Assembly (NCBI GenBank): GCA_035389045.1
Contig: DAOORA010000007.1
Span: 1 to 64,000, forward strand
Direction of reading: 5' to 3'
DNA: 64,000 nucleotides
From: Bacteroidales bacterium
GTDB taxonomy: Bacteria; Bacteroidota; Bacteroidia; Bacteroidales; CAIWKO01
Part shown: piece by piece, positions 31,101 to 40,900 of the stretch
How the letters are laid out: each line of letters starts with the position of its first letter
Numbering within the stretch: the stretch's first letter is position 1
Notes under the pieces: model-generated
Told to the model about the DNA's origin: nothing
Seen by the model: the letters and a program-made list of their open reading frames with translations, nothing else
Database searches by the model: none
Position numbers and translations under genes: made by a program

Positions 31101-33960
31101 CAATCTGAATAACCGAATCAGGATAAAAAACAGGGCTGTGTGAAATCAATATCCTGTCTGACCAGTTACGGTTTATGATAGAACCCTCACCTGTATTTGT
31201 GACTTTCCAGTTTATTATAAAGGCCTGTGTGCCGCTATCTGCAGGGTAAGCTGAGATATCAACGGCAGCCATATCCGGTTTGGCAAACTGAATAGCTTCA
31301 GCACTTCTCGATACATTATTGTACTCCTTACCACCTTCATAAACAATGTTGTTCCAGTCTGCGTAAATGTAAAGATATAAGGGACCTGATAACGTATCCG
31401 GTAAAAAAACTGTTTTAGTCTGGTTGATGCTGTCACCGGGCAACAATGTAGTTAGTGTATGATTAAGTTCATCGATCTGAATAACCGAATCCTGCTGGTA
31501 AACGGGAGATTTTGAAACCATAATATTATCTTTCCATATTTGGTTATTTGCTGTTCCATAGCCGTTATTTTTCACGCTCCAATGGATGTTAAAGGGCTGG
31601 CTGTTATTGACAATCAGCGGGCAGGCAACATGGGAAATGATCAGGTCTGGATTTATGATCACCAGGGGATTATCACTCCTGAGTATGTTGTTGTTTTCTT
31701 TGGTATATTCAAAAACATTGTTGTTAACATCAGTACAGACATATATATAATAAACCCCTGTCATGTTCAGAGAAAACTGTATTTGCCTGTCAGCCATATA
31801 GCTGCTGTCGTGAGGCAGGCTGTCCATAGTTATTGTTTTAATGCCCAGATAAACAGCATTACCTGCATCAAAATAAGGCAGATCAGACAAATAAATGCCA
31901 TCGGTCCAGTTGGGCACCGTGGGGGGTGTGGCACCCTGATTCCGGACTGTCCATTCAATTAGAAAAACATCCTTATTGGTAATAGTGTCCGGGATACTCA
32001 TACCAGTAACAACCATATCGGCAGGCGGAGTGAGAAATACAACCATAGAATCACTACGGGTAATATTATTATTTTCATACACATATTCAAATATATTATT
32101 GGCAACATCCGTGACGATGTAGAAATAATAGGTGCCAAAAATATTGGATGGTATTGTGACGGCTTGTGCACAGGTATATGAACTGTCCGGGTTCAGCAGG
32201 CCGGTATGGCTGAAAGTTCCAAGGTTAAGAGCTGTGGACATGTTGAGTGAGGTGTCTGAAGATAGATAAATCCTGTCGCTCCAGTTGTCTGAACCGGTGT
32301 TGCCATCACCATTGTTCTTTATGGTCCATATTATATTAACCTGCTGCCCTGAAAATACATTGGAAGGTGGAATAATGGAAGTTGCCATCAGATCGGGTTC
32401 AGGGGGTATGGGAAAGGTAATTTCCTTATAAAAGAAATTGTCATGGTATGGCGGGTTGTCTGATGTTTCGTGCACGACATTCACAAAACTTCCGCCATGG
32501 GAATAGGCCGTATTATAAGGCGGTGGATTATAGGGTACCGGAGGCCCGGATGGCGGCCAGGACATTAAACATGCATCAAGAGCATCCGTCACGACAAAAA
32601 GAAAATAGGTACCTATCAGATTCGGAGGAATCTGGATTTGCTTTGACTGTAGATAATTTTCACCAGATCCAAGGAAACTGACATTAGGAAACTGTCCAAG
32701 CAATATATCTTCCTGTTCCCCGATCCTGACATCAATATCAGGAGAAAGCCAGACTCGGTCCATCCATACATTACCTGCCGGTGTAGTTCCTTCACCGTCA
32801 TTGCGGACAGTCCAGTTTATGGTCATCGGCTGTCCCGCAACAGGTTGTGAATTTGATATCGCTGTTACATGAAGTTCAGGAAGCCCTTTTAATGAGAAAA
32901 TCTGTATCAGACTATGTGTCTGAGCGCATGGGTTTTTAGCAACAACCCTCCATTTACAGGTATCTCCGAATGTAAATGAACCACTTCCATCCCACAGATA
33001 ATGGATCTGCGAAATGTTTGATACCGTTGGTGTAAGAGGCTGTGATTCATGGTATTTCCATATATACAGATCATATAAAGACGCATTGGTTGACGGGCTC
33101 CAGGAAAACTGAACCGGTAAGGATATATCATATGAACTGTCTGCAGGCAGCATACCGGTAACAGATACAGGCGGTATATCTGCAAATATGGTAATGGCCT
33201 TACTTGCCGAAGCCGTATCTATGCCGTCGCTCACTTTAACCGAGTATACTGTACTAACCGTGGGATTGGCCCATACGGCCTCCAATGCGGATGAAAAACC
33301 GGCAGGGTCGGATGACCAGCTGAACGTGTAATTTCCCATACCGTTGGCGGCCTGCGCTGTCAGCAGAACTGAATCTCCCGAACATATTTCATTTTCACCA
33401 GAAATTACACTCACTGACACAGATGGAGAGACTATCCCATTCTGGTAAATCACGTTTGGTGATATTACGTTGCCCGCAATGTCCGTGATCTCACAACCAG
33501 CCAAAAATACAACATGGCCTGTTCCTCCATTGTATTTAAACCTCAGATCAAAGAGCTTATCTGTTCCGAGTACCACCCCGTCCATATCAATCCAGGATAC
33601 AGCAATCGTATTGCTGCTTATTTTATTGATCAACGGATATCCGGGAATTAATAAGGAATGGATATTTTGCGCTTTTCCAAAATTCAGTACCGGGGTGGTA
33701 AACTGAATATACATTGTAATGGAGCCAATCTGAGGGAGATCATGAGCTCGTATGGCAATGTCAATGCTGTCACCCTGTTGTGCTATTACAGTACCTGCGG
33801 TAATCATGGGTATTTGCGCGAACGCTGGCTTTAACAGCATCAAAATAAAAATACCCTGCAACATTATTCCTTTCAAAACAAATTTTTGAACCATACAGCT
33901 TACTGTTTTTATATTATGAATACCCGTTCTTAATATGTTCATGTTTTTGATATAAACCAT
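28132..33960 (-). CDS. Large secreted scaffold-like protein: N-terminal cohesin, Ig/FN3, ten CARDB repeats, PPC-like, IPT/TIG; no T9SS CTD
   Basis: Signal peptide ending AFA-Q; cohesin pattern (GDSIDIAI..IGSITMYIQF..VSW..LFDLRFKY..CEITD); ten PDL..WTV.N.G..W.D..YLS..GTYY..D..E..NN repeats; ends LGYIIEY without an NP.PNPF-type CTD. Confidence 0.85.
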   Translation of the reverse strand: MVYIKNMNILRTGIHNIKTVSCMVQKFVLKGIMLQGIFILMLLKPAFAQIPMITAGTVIAQQGDSIDIAIRAHDLPQIGSITMYIQFTTPVLNFGKAQNIHSLLIPGYPLINKISSNTIAVSWIDMDGVVLGTDKLFDLRFKYNGGTGHVVFLAGCEITDIAGNVISPNVIYQNGIVSPSVSVSVISGENEICSGDSVLLTAQAANGMGNYTFSWSSDPAGFSSALEAVWANPTVSTVYSVKVSDGIDTASASKAITIFADIPPVSVTGMLPADSSYDISLPVQFSWSPSTNASLYDLYIWKYHESQPLTPTVSNISQIHYLWDGSGSFTFGDTCKWRVVAKNPCAQTHSLIQIFSLKGLPELHVTAISNSQPVAGQPMTINWTVRNDGEGTTPAGNVWMDRVWLSPDIDVRIGEQEDILLGQFPNVSFLGSGENYLQSKQIQIPPNLIGTYFLFVVTDALDACLMSWPPSGPPVPYNPPPYNTAYSHGGSFVNVVHETSDNPPYHDNFFYKEITFPIPPEPDLMATSIIPPSNVFSGQQVNIIWTIKNNGDGNTGSDNWSDRIYLSSDTSLNMSTALNLGTFSHTGLLNPDSSYTCAQAVTIPSNIFGTYYFYIVTDVANNIFEYVYENNNITRSDSMVVFLTPPADMVVTGMSIPDTITNKDVFLIEWTVRNQGATPPTVPNWTDGIYLSDLPYFDAGNAVYLGIKTITMDSLPHDSSYMADRQIQFSLNMTGVYYIYVCTDVNNNVFEYTKENNNILRSDNPLVIINPDLIISHVACPLIVNNSQPFNIHWSVKNNGYGTANNQIWKDNIMVSKSPVYQQDSVIQIDELNHTLTTLLPGDSINQTKTVFLPDTLSGPLYLYIYADWNNIVYEGGKEYNNVSRSAEAIQFAKPDMAAVDISAYPADSGTQAFIINWKVTNTGEGSIINRNWSDRILISHSPVFYPDSVIQIGVLNCNDFLAPGDTIYRQMLVDITDSMVPGTYYVYIYTDGFHEIFENNSEGNNVEHSAGTIEIVRPDLIVQTLLSPSSAYSGDTAGIQWVIKNAGTLSIVNESWTDRVFLSHFPSYNQGGLMVLGDKACTGTFHPGDSLVNQSVFNIPENLHGDYYIHIFTDFNNDIEECFYNNNNIADGLIHLTPGAWADLQVINIQMPDSAMAGNSIPLDFIVKNEGIKNITDKTWIDKVYLSPVPVWDPGSSVHLRSFAQSFSLNADTSYSTNSTVNLPDGMTTGIYYIYVFTDQEDSVFEHSSENNNVLRSNMLFIEALHPADLIMLNVDNPDSANSGQTINIQWTVKNQANAITALSWFDAVFLSADSVWDAGTDIYLGQLYHYGPLGYEESYNGSQALTLPNGINGDYYLLVVADHEQVNNDNNLLNNWNVKKVNNHNVKIHITLTPPPDLEVTSFSIPAQAFTGIPFNIAWTVRNQGQGNITGCTWSDKIYVSSDLIVNSGDLLIGTKTRTASLGLTQTYTDSITVTLPNNLSGNYVMIMVADFSNTIYELNETNNTFHSFIVASQPPPADLNIVNVNLPDTVIVGKSATIHWTIRNTGLHPANGIIKDIVYFSDDNTWDVNDIVFGVYQSMENLAPDAEMTRSLTANVKDLHLGFYYVFVRTDVLNMIYETEEENNIAVSNDLLFADVLELPLGVTLADTLNNLENLYFRIPVDYSQNEETMLTTMKADSLNGNNEMYLSYDDMPGRIIHDYSGSNPYQGNQEIIVPSVYNGNYYLMLYGNTLLGNSQLVHVNAKILTFQILSLNPAAGGNTGQVTLEITGSKFDPNMEVRLENGANIITAHDLIFVNYSRVFATFDLTNVPTGVFDLVLEKSNGDTCVRQDGFEVVEGTEPDLGVYIIAPPSARPNRVTSFTIEFTNLGNTNITDPRAKVRSLTISPVALNIDQLAGMYHELILNLEEDQGPSGMLRPGVTGTITIYTKTLSGLGYIIEY

Positions 33961-33970
33961 CCATTATGCC

Positions 33971-36900
33971 TTACCTGATGATCATCATGCTGCGTGTTTG
34001 CCGGAAAGTACTTGTCTTACTCACCGCATGCAAGCAATAAAAATAAACACCCTGATCCAGGTCTTCTGCGTCAATTTGCAATTCGTGCCACCCTGCACCT
34101 AATTTATCATATGAGGCCATTTTCAGCTCAATGCCCTGCAAATTCAACACACTCAGGTCAACTGCCGTTTCTTCGGGCAGATATATCCGTATGGTGGTTT
34201 TTTCATAAAACGGGTTGGGGACATTATTTTCCATTTTATACCCGTCGTAATAATCCAATATATTCAATCGTGAAACGTTAAGTTGTAATGCGTTCAACAC
34301 ATTGCCTTCTATATCGGCAATTTCACTATTGTTTAAAAGTGAGATGCACACATTATCACGTGCGACACCAGGTTTGATTTTACATCTGAGGGATAACAAA
34401 GTATTATTATGAAGCACCATTCCTTTTACATCATATGCGCCAACTGATAATACGCCGTTACTTATTCTATATTCGACCGGGTTTCCGCTAACTGTAACGT
34501 TGTAGATATCCAGCAAATCATCAGGAAATTGAAGATATAACGTGATGGCACCGGGCAGGATGTTTTGGTTCACGCGGACCGGCAGATCCACTATTTCGCC
34601 TGCTATAAAGTTTGTTTCTTCCTGAATACATGCCAGTTCTGGCGCGCCATTTGCTGACTTCAGGTTATAAATATTATACGAACCATTTACATCACCCATA
34701 CACAGTACTTTTATCACTTCGTTTTGCACGTTAGAAATAAAATTGATATTTTTTATTTCAGATGTCCAGTCGCCCGCATCAAAAGTTGATATAACTCCTA
34801 CTGTCCGTCTTAATACCTGCAGGGCATCTGCACTCGATACCGCATGGGTGTTATTCACATCAGCCGCATTAACATTTATTCCATTCAGTGAGGCGAGATG
34901 TACTATATGCCGCCTGATCATAAGTGCATCGGTGGCATTGATACCGCCATGAAGATAAGAGGGTTTTGCATACAGATAGTGTGTTCCGCCGCCAACACCG
35001 CCGAAATAATAATTTCCGGTACCGGAAGTTAATACGGAATCAACCACCACATGTGCAACGTTCTCAAGAAATACCCATTCATTTTTCATCGGAGTCTGAA
35101 ACGAATTATTATATATCACGTTTCCTGTTATCACATACTTCACCACAACATTTACGCTGTCGCATGAAAAACAATTGTTCGCATCGGTCACTGTTAAAAT
35201 ATAGGTTGAAGAATTCACAGGACTTGCAAGCGGGCATGTTATATTATTTTGTGATAAATTGTCCGGCGGTACCCATAGAACTGAATATGGCGCGGTGCCT
35301 CCGTTAATACTGCCATGTAATGTAAATGATGCACCCTGATTAATAATAGTATCTGAACCTGCATGAACGACAGGAAGGGGATGGACTGTAACGGATAAAA
35401 GAGATTCGGACCCATCTCCGCAGTAATTATGCCCTTTTACCCTGACATTTCCTGAAACAGCGGAGTCACTGAAGTTTACCGTGATAGAATTTGTGGAACT
35501 TGAACCTGTCGTGCCATAGGGCAAGGTCCAGATATATGATACTGCGTTGTTTATCACAGGAATGGTGTATGTCACAAGATAATGGCCCTGGCACATCCCG
35601 GACAGCCCTGAAATAGTTCCTGCAGGATCAGGCAATACAGGAGGTGAGACTGTTATCGTTATCACGTTGCTCGTATCCGGATTATGTATCACATTGGGCA
35701 GGTTTGAAGTCATGATACATGTGATACTGTCAGTATCCAAAGGCGTATAAGAGAATATGTCCCCGTAATTGATTCCGTATTCTTCCTGCATAAGAGCATC
35801 ATTAACATACCATTGATACAATGGGTTACTGCCGCCATTTGCAGGTAATGCCATACAGGTAAGCACACTATCCTGACATGAATTATACGGCAAGCTGGTA
35901 ATGGTAACAGATGCCGAAGGAGGAATTGTGGCAACTCCCAGAACAAACAACAGCTGATTTCCTCCGTTTGTTATGAATTGTATGGTGTCAGGAAAATTCC
36001 CGCTATCCGCAGGGGTAAATGTTATTAGGAGTTCTGCGGTATCTCCCGTTAATACCATTAATGAAGATGGATTTAAAGTGAAAGCAGCATTGGTTTGCGT
36101 GATATCTGTCACATAAAGCGTGTCACAACCCTTATTAACGAAGGGGACAGTGGCAGAAACTGAAGTTCCGGCAACAATGGTATCCAGACTGAGAACGGAG
36201 GTCAGTACCTGTAATTCAGGATTCCCTGATAACACAAGATGCACAGGGACAACAGCCACAGGAAATAATGGATCATTTGAGGTTATACCAATACCTCCAT
36301 AATGGTCTCCGTTTGGCAAACCGGCTGTATTAATGGTAATTTGTATGTCAGCAGAATCGCCGGCTGCCACTGTTCCAACATCCGGAATGGCGACAATTCC
36401 TATCTTTCTGATATCTGCACCAGAAGGTGCCCTTGAAACATTATACAAAACTCCATTTTTATGGTTATTAAAACTGTAAACGGTATCACCGCCGGGTTCA
36501 TTAAATTCCCATAAACCAATCAGAGCCGGCAAATCTGAAACAAAAGGTTCCTGGTACAGTGTCTTTATCTCCGTACCCGAATGATATTCGCCCCAGATAC
36601 GCAATTCATCAATCTGACCGTTAAAATGATAGCTTGGTGTATTATTGTATGCGATACCAAGCCTCACATCCGAAAAAGCTGTGGGCCAATATGAGTTACT
36701 ACTGCCGTTTACTCTGACATTTCCGTCAAAATATGCCCAAACTTTATTTTGTGTTTTATCCCAGGTAACTGCCACATGATGCCAATGACCGCAATCAATA
36801 TCATAAGTAATATTAAAAGAAGAATAAGATCCGTTGTCATCCCCGATAAATAAAAACAACTCATTATAAAACTGACAAATATTAATACCTTTATAATTGT

Positions 36901-37948
36901 TATTAAGTCCGGAGGATGAAAATACATTTTTCCTTATCTCTGTGACGTTTGATTTCATCCAGAATTCAATACAGCCATTGTCAGGCATTTGTCCAAGGTT
37001 CCCAAAATGCACCTCGCTGCTGCTGCCATTGAATGACAATGTGCTTCCCGCACCCATGGTGCAATAAGCACTCCATCTCAATGTGTCATTTCCGGTATTT
37101 TTTACTTTCAGCAGGGATGTAATCGTATCGTGACAAATATTAGTGCTTGCAAAAATACTGTCAGGTGTTATTTCCATTTTTGGGGTTATTACAGCACTCG
37201 CACTTACGTATAATTGTTTAATCTCACTGTTGTTCAGGATGGTAAGTGTGTCGTTGTACGTTCCCTGAATCAACGTATAAAAACTGACCGTGATTAACCC
37301 TGAATCACCCGCAGGCACAAAAGAGGGGTAAACAACTGTAAATACTGCATCAACATGATTTACCGCTGTTATTTTCAACGTGTCGCATCCTGAATTATAT
37401 ATTTGAAAAGTATCTGTCACCATTACCCCGGTCATTACCGGCGGGAAAACAGCGAAAGTGTCATTGAGTATGATTTGCGGAGAACCGTTCAAAATGAGTT
37501 TTGTTGGGACAACCACAAACTGATTTAACGGATCATTGGTAGATATTGCGATCATTGAGTTGTGCGTGCCACTGTTAAAACCACTGGTGGAAAATGTCAC
37601 ATCAACTGAGGTTGTATCCCCGGCAGCCAGCATGCCGCAAAGCGTACCGGCATCAATACCGGGATCATGGATCAGCGCACCAGAACTCACCCTGTTTGTA
37701 TTAAATAAAACACCTTTTATCCCGGAATTAAAACTATAAACGGTGTCCCCCGCCGGCTCATTAAATTCCCACAAGCCGGTCAGACCGGGCGGAGGATCAA
37801 AAATCCCCTTCTGGTATAAATTCATGATATCGGCGGCAGAGCGGTTTACACTCCACATACGAAACCCGTCGATCTCTCCATCATAGTGATAATTTGCTAA
37901 AGTATTATATCCTATACCTAGTCTGACATCTGAAAATGCTGTGGCCAA
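33971..37948 (-). CDS. C-terminal part of a LamG/Ig repeat protein with dockerin-like, cohesin-like and T9SS CTD modules (frameshifted gene 33971..41649)
   Basis: Begins mid-LamG (TAFSDVRLG); one further LamG+ASH unit; PKD-like domains; AT-DALM / SA-DALQ dockerin (~34777-34948); cohesin-like domain; NNVPNPF CTD. Confidence 0.85.
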   Translation of the reverse strand: MATAFSDVRLGIGYNTLANYHYDGEIDGFRMWSVNRSAADIMNLYQKGIFDPPPGLTGLWEFNEPAGDTVYSFNSGIKGVLFNTNRVSSGALIHDPGIDAGTLCGMLAAGDTTSVDVTFSTSGFNSGTHNSMIAISTNDPLNQFVVVPTKLILNGSPQIILNDTFAVFPPVMTGVMVTDTFQIYNSGCDTLKITAVNHVDAVFTVVYPSFVPAGDSGLITVSFYTLIQGTYNDTLTILNNSEIKQLYVSASAVITPKMEITPDSIFASTNICHDTITSLLKVKNTGNDTLRWSAYCTMGAGSTLSFNGSSSEVHFGNLGQMPDNGCIEFWMKSNVTEIRKNVFSSSGLNNNYKGINICQFYNELFLFIGDDNGSYSSFNITYDIDCGHWHHVAVTWDKTQNKVWAYFDGNVRVNGSSNSYWPTAFSDVRLGIAYNNTPSYHFNGQIDELRIWGEYHSGTEIKTLYQEPFVSDLPALIGLWEFNEPGGDTVYSFNNHKNGVLYNVSRAPSGADIRKIGIVAIPDVGTVAAGDSADIQITINTAGLPNGDHYGGIGITSNDPLFPVAVVPVHLVLSGNPELQVLTSVLSLDTIVAGTSVSATVPFVNKGCDTLYVTDITQTNAAFTLNPSSLMVLTGDTAELLITFTPADSGNFPDTIQFITNGGNQLLFVLGVATIPPSASVTITSLPYNSCQDSVLTCMALPANGGSNPLYQWYVNDALMQEEYGINYGDIFSYTPLDTDSITCIMTSNLPNVIHNPDTSNVITITVSPPVLPDPAGTISGLSGMCQGHYLVTYTIPVINNAVSYIWTLPYGTTGSSSTNSITVNFSDSAVSGNVRVKGHNYCGDGSESLLSVTVHPLPVVHAGSDTIINQGASFTLHGSINGGTAPYSVLWVPPDNLSQNNITCPLASPVNSSTYILTVTDANNCFSCDSVNVVVKYVITGNVIYNNSFQTPMKNEWVFLENVAHVVVDSVLTSGTGNYYFGGVGGGTHYLYAKPSYLHGGINATDALMIRRHIVHLASLNGINVNAADVNNTHAVSSADALQVLRRTVGVISTFDAGDWTSEIKNINFISNVQNEVIKVLCMGDVNGSYNIYNLKSANGAPELACIQEETNFIAGEIVDLPVRVNQNILPGAITLYLQFPDDLLDIYNVTVSGNPVEYRISNGVLSVGAYDVKGMVLHNNTLLSLRCKIKPGVARDNVCISLLNNSEIADIEGNVLNALQLNVSRLNILDYYDGYKMENNVPNPFYEKTTIRIYLPEETAVDLSVLNLQGIELKMASYDKLGAGWHELQIDAEDLDQGVYFYCLHAVSKTSTFRQTRSMMIIR

Positions 37949-40900
37949 TAGCTGTTATAACTACCATTTGCAACCACATTTCCGTCAAAATAGGTCCAGA
38001 CTTTATTCAGCGTCTTATCCCAGGTTGCTGCCACGTGATGCCAATGTCCATAATCTGCATTAGCAGTAATAGTAAAAGTATTATTAGTTCCAGCGTCATT
38101 CCCGATACGCAAATATATTTTAGTCAGACTTTGAAGAATATTTACCCCCTTATAACTACTGTTGAGTCCTGATGATGAAAACAACATTTTTGTTGTCGAG
38201 TTCAGATTCGTTTTCATCCAGAATTCAATACAGCCTTTTTCAGGAAATGGGCCATGATTCCCAAAACGTGCCTCGCTGCTGCTACCATTGAATGACAATG
38301 CGTTTCCGGCGCCAGTACTGTAATACATATTCCATTTCAGGGAGTCATTACCTGTATTTATTAGTTGTAAGGCATATACGATGGTATCATTACAAATGCT
38401 TGTGCTTACTGAAATAGTGTCGGGAACTAATACCAGTTCAGGTGTTGGCAAAATGTTCCCGTATACAAATATATGCCTCGTTCCACTATTGTTAAGGATG
38501 GTGATTGTATCGCTGTGTATGCCATGAGTCAATGAATAAAAACTGATAGTTACCATCCCTGAATCCCGCGGTAAGATAAATGCGGGGAAAGCCGGAATGA
38601 AAGCAGAGTCATGGCCGGATACTGCTGTTATTTTAAGTGAATCACAGCCGGTATTGAATATTTTAAAAGTATCTGTAACCACTTCGCCGGCCATTACCGA
38701 TGGGAATATTCCGGTACTGTCGGTAAGTTCGATCTGCGGAGGTCCATTCAAAATAAGTCGGGTAGGGATGGCAACAAACTGATGTAACGGGTCGTTGGTA
38801 GTTAATCCGATCAGGGAAGAATATGTACCGCTGTTAAAGCCGCCGGTTAAAAATGTCACATCTATATTTGCCGTATCTCCTGCCGCTAACAGACCGCTGA
38901 CAGGACTGGCATTTACCTGAGGATCGTGTATTGCAGCTCCGGAGCTCACCCTGCTGACATTATTTAAAACCCCTTTTTTATTTGAATAATAGCTAAAGAC
39001 GGTATCACCCGCCGGCTCATTAAATTCCCACATACCTGTCAGGTCATCAGCAGGCGCTAAAATTCCTTCGTGGTAATAATTCATAATATCAGCAGCCGAT
39101 CGATATTCACTCCACATGCGGAATCCGTCGATCTCCCCGTCAAAATGATTATATGTCGCAGAACTGTTACCGGCACCAAGCCGCACATCCGAAAAAGCAG
39201 TTACCCAATATGGATTATAGCTACCATTGGTAGTATTATTTCCGTCAAAATATGTCCATACTTTGTTCAGCGTTTTATCCCAGGTGACGGCAACATGGTG
39301 CCAGTTGCCATAACCTACATTACCTGTGATCGTATATGAATTACTTGTTCCATTGTCATTGCCAATGCGCAAATACAGATAGTTATTATACTGATAAATG
39401 TTTACCCCCTTGAGATTATTGTTCAGGCCGGATGATGAATATGCGTATCTGGCGCCTGTGTTAACATCAGTCTTCATCCAGAATTCAACACAACCTTTTT
39501 CAGGCATCATTCCCATATTTCCGAAATGGACCTCACTATTGGATCCATTAAATGACAGTGCGTTCCCTGCACCCTCGCTGAAATAAACCTGCAAGTCCAT
39601 CGTATACGTTCCGCTGTTTATTATCTGCAGTGTCGTCATAATGGTATCGGTACAAATATTTGTACTCACTGGCAGCGTATCGGGAGTTAATTGCAACTGT
39701 GGTGTGGGTAAAACTGTTCCACTCAGATACAGGTGTTTTGTTATGCTGTTGTTCAGGATTGTCAGGGTGTCTGTGTGTAAACCCATTATCGATGAACTGA
39801 AACTGACCTTAATTATCCCGGAATCCCGTGGTAACAGAAAAGAAGGACAAACATTTGCAAATGCGGGATCATCATTAAATACCGCTGTTATTTTTAATGT
39901 ATCACATCCTGTATTGTAAATTTTAAAAGTATTTGCAATTATTACCCCTGCCAACAATGAAGGGAAAGCCGCTACGCTGTCATCAAGTTCAATCCGTGGT
40001 TGACCATTCAGAATCACTTGTGAAGGAATAAAGATATATGGATGTAACGGATCATTAGTTGTTACTCCGACCACCGAATTGTGAGTTCCATTATTGAACC
40101 CATTGGTCACAAAAGTTACCAGAACAGCACTTGTATCCCCTTCTGCCAATAGTCCGCCTGTCGGGCTGACCGTCATTTGCGGATCCCTTATCGGAGCTCC
40201 TGAAGGTGTCCTGCTCACATCATATAAAACCCCTTTAATATTGGAATTAAAACTACAAACTGTGTCACCCGACGGTTCATCAAATTCCCACAAACCTGCC
40301 AATCCCTGCGGAGGCACAAATAAACCCTCCCGGAAAAAATCTGATATATCCGCCGGAGAACGATAATCATTCCACATCCGAAATTCATCGATTTCACCAT
40401 AAAAATGATTGCTTGATGTGTTATTGGCAATTCCAAGCCTCACATCCGAAAAAAGAGCAACCCAGTTAGTGTTGCTGCCTTCATCTGTGGTAACATTTCC
40501 ATCGAAATAAGTCCATACTTTGTTTTGAGTTTTATCCCAGGTGACAGCAACGTGATGCCACTTGCCATAGACAATATTACCAGTGATCGTATAACCGGTA
40601 TAAACCCCATAATCATCACCGATACGAAGATAAAGACTGGTTAAATACTGATATATATTGACACCTTTCCAATTCGCGAAAAGACCTGAAGTTGAAAACA
40701 ACATCCTCGAAACCGAGGATTGATTTACTTTCATCCAGAATTCAACACCACCTTTTTCAGGCATTTGTCCGAGATCACCGAACCGTACTTCTGCATTGGT
40801 ACCATTGAATACCAATGCATTTCCATCGCCATCGCCATAACAGATATTCCAATCCAGCGTATCTGTCCCGTTATTTATGATCAACAATGTCGAAATAATC

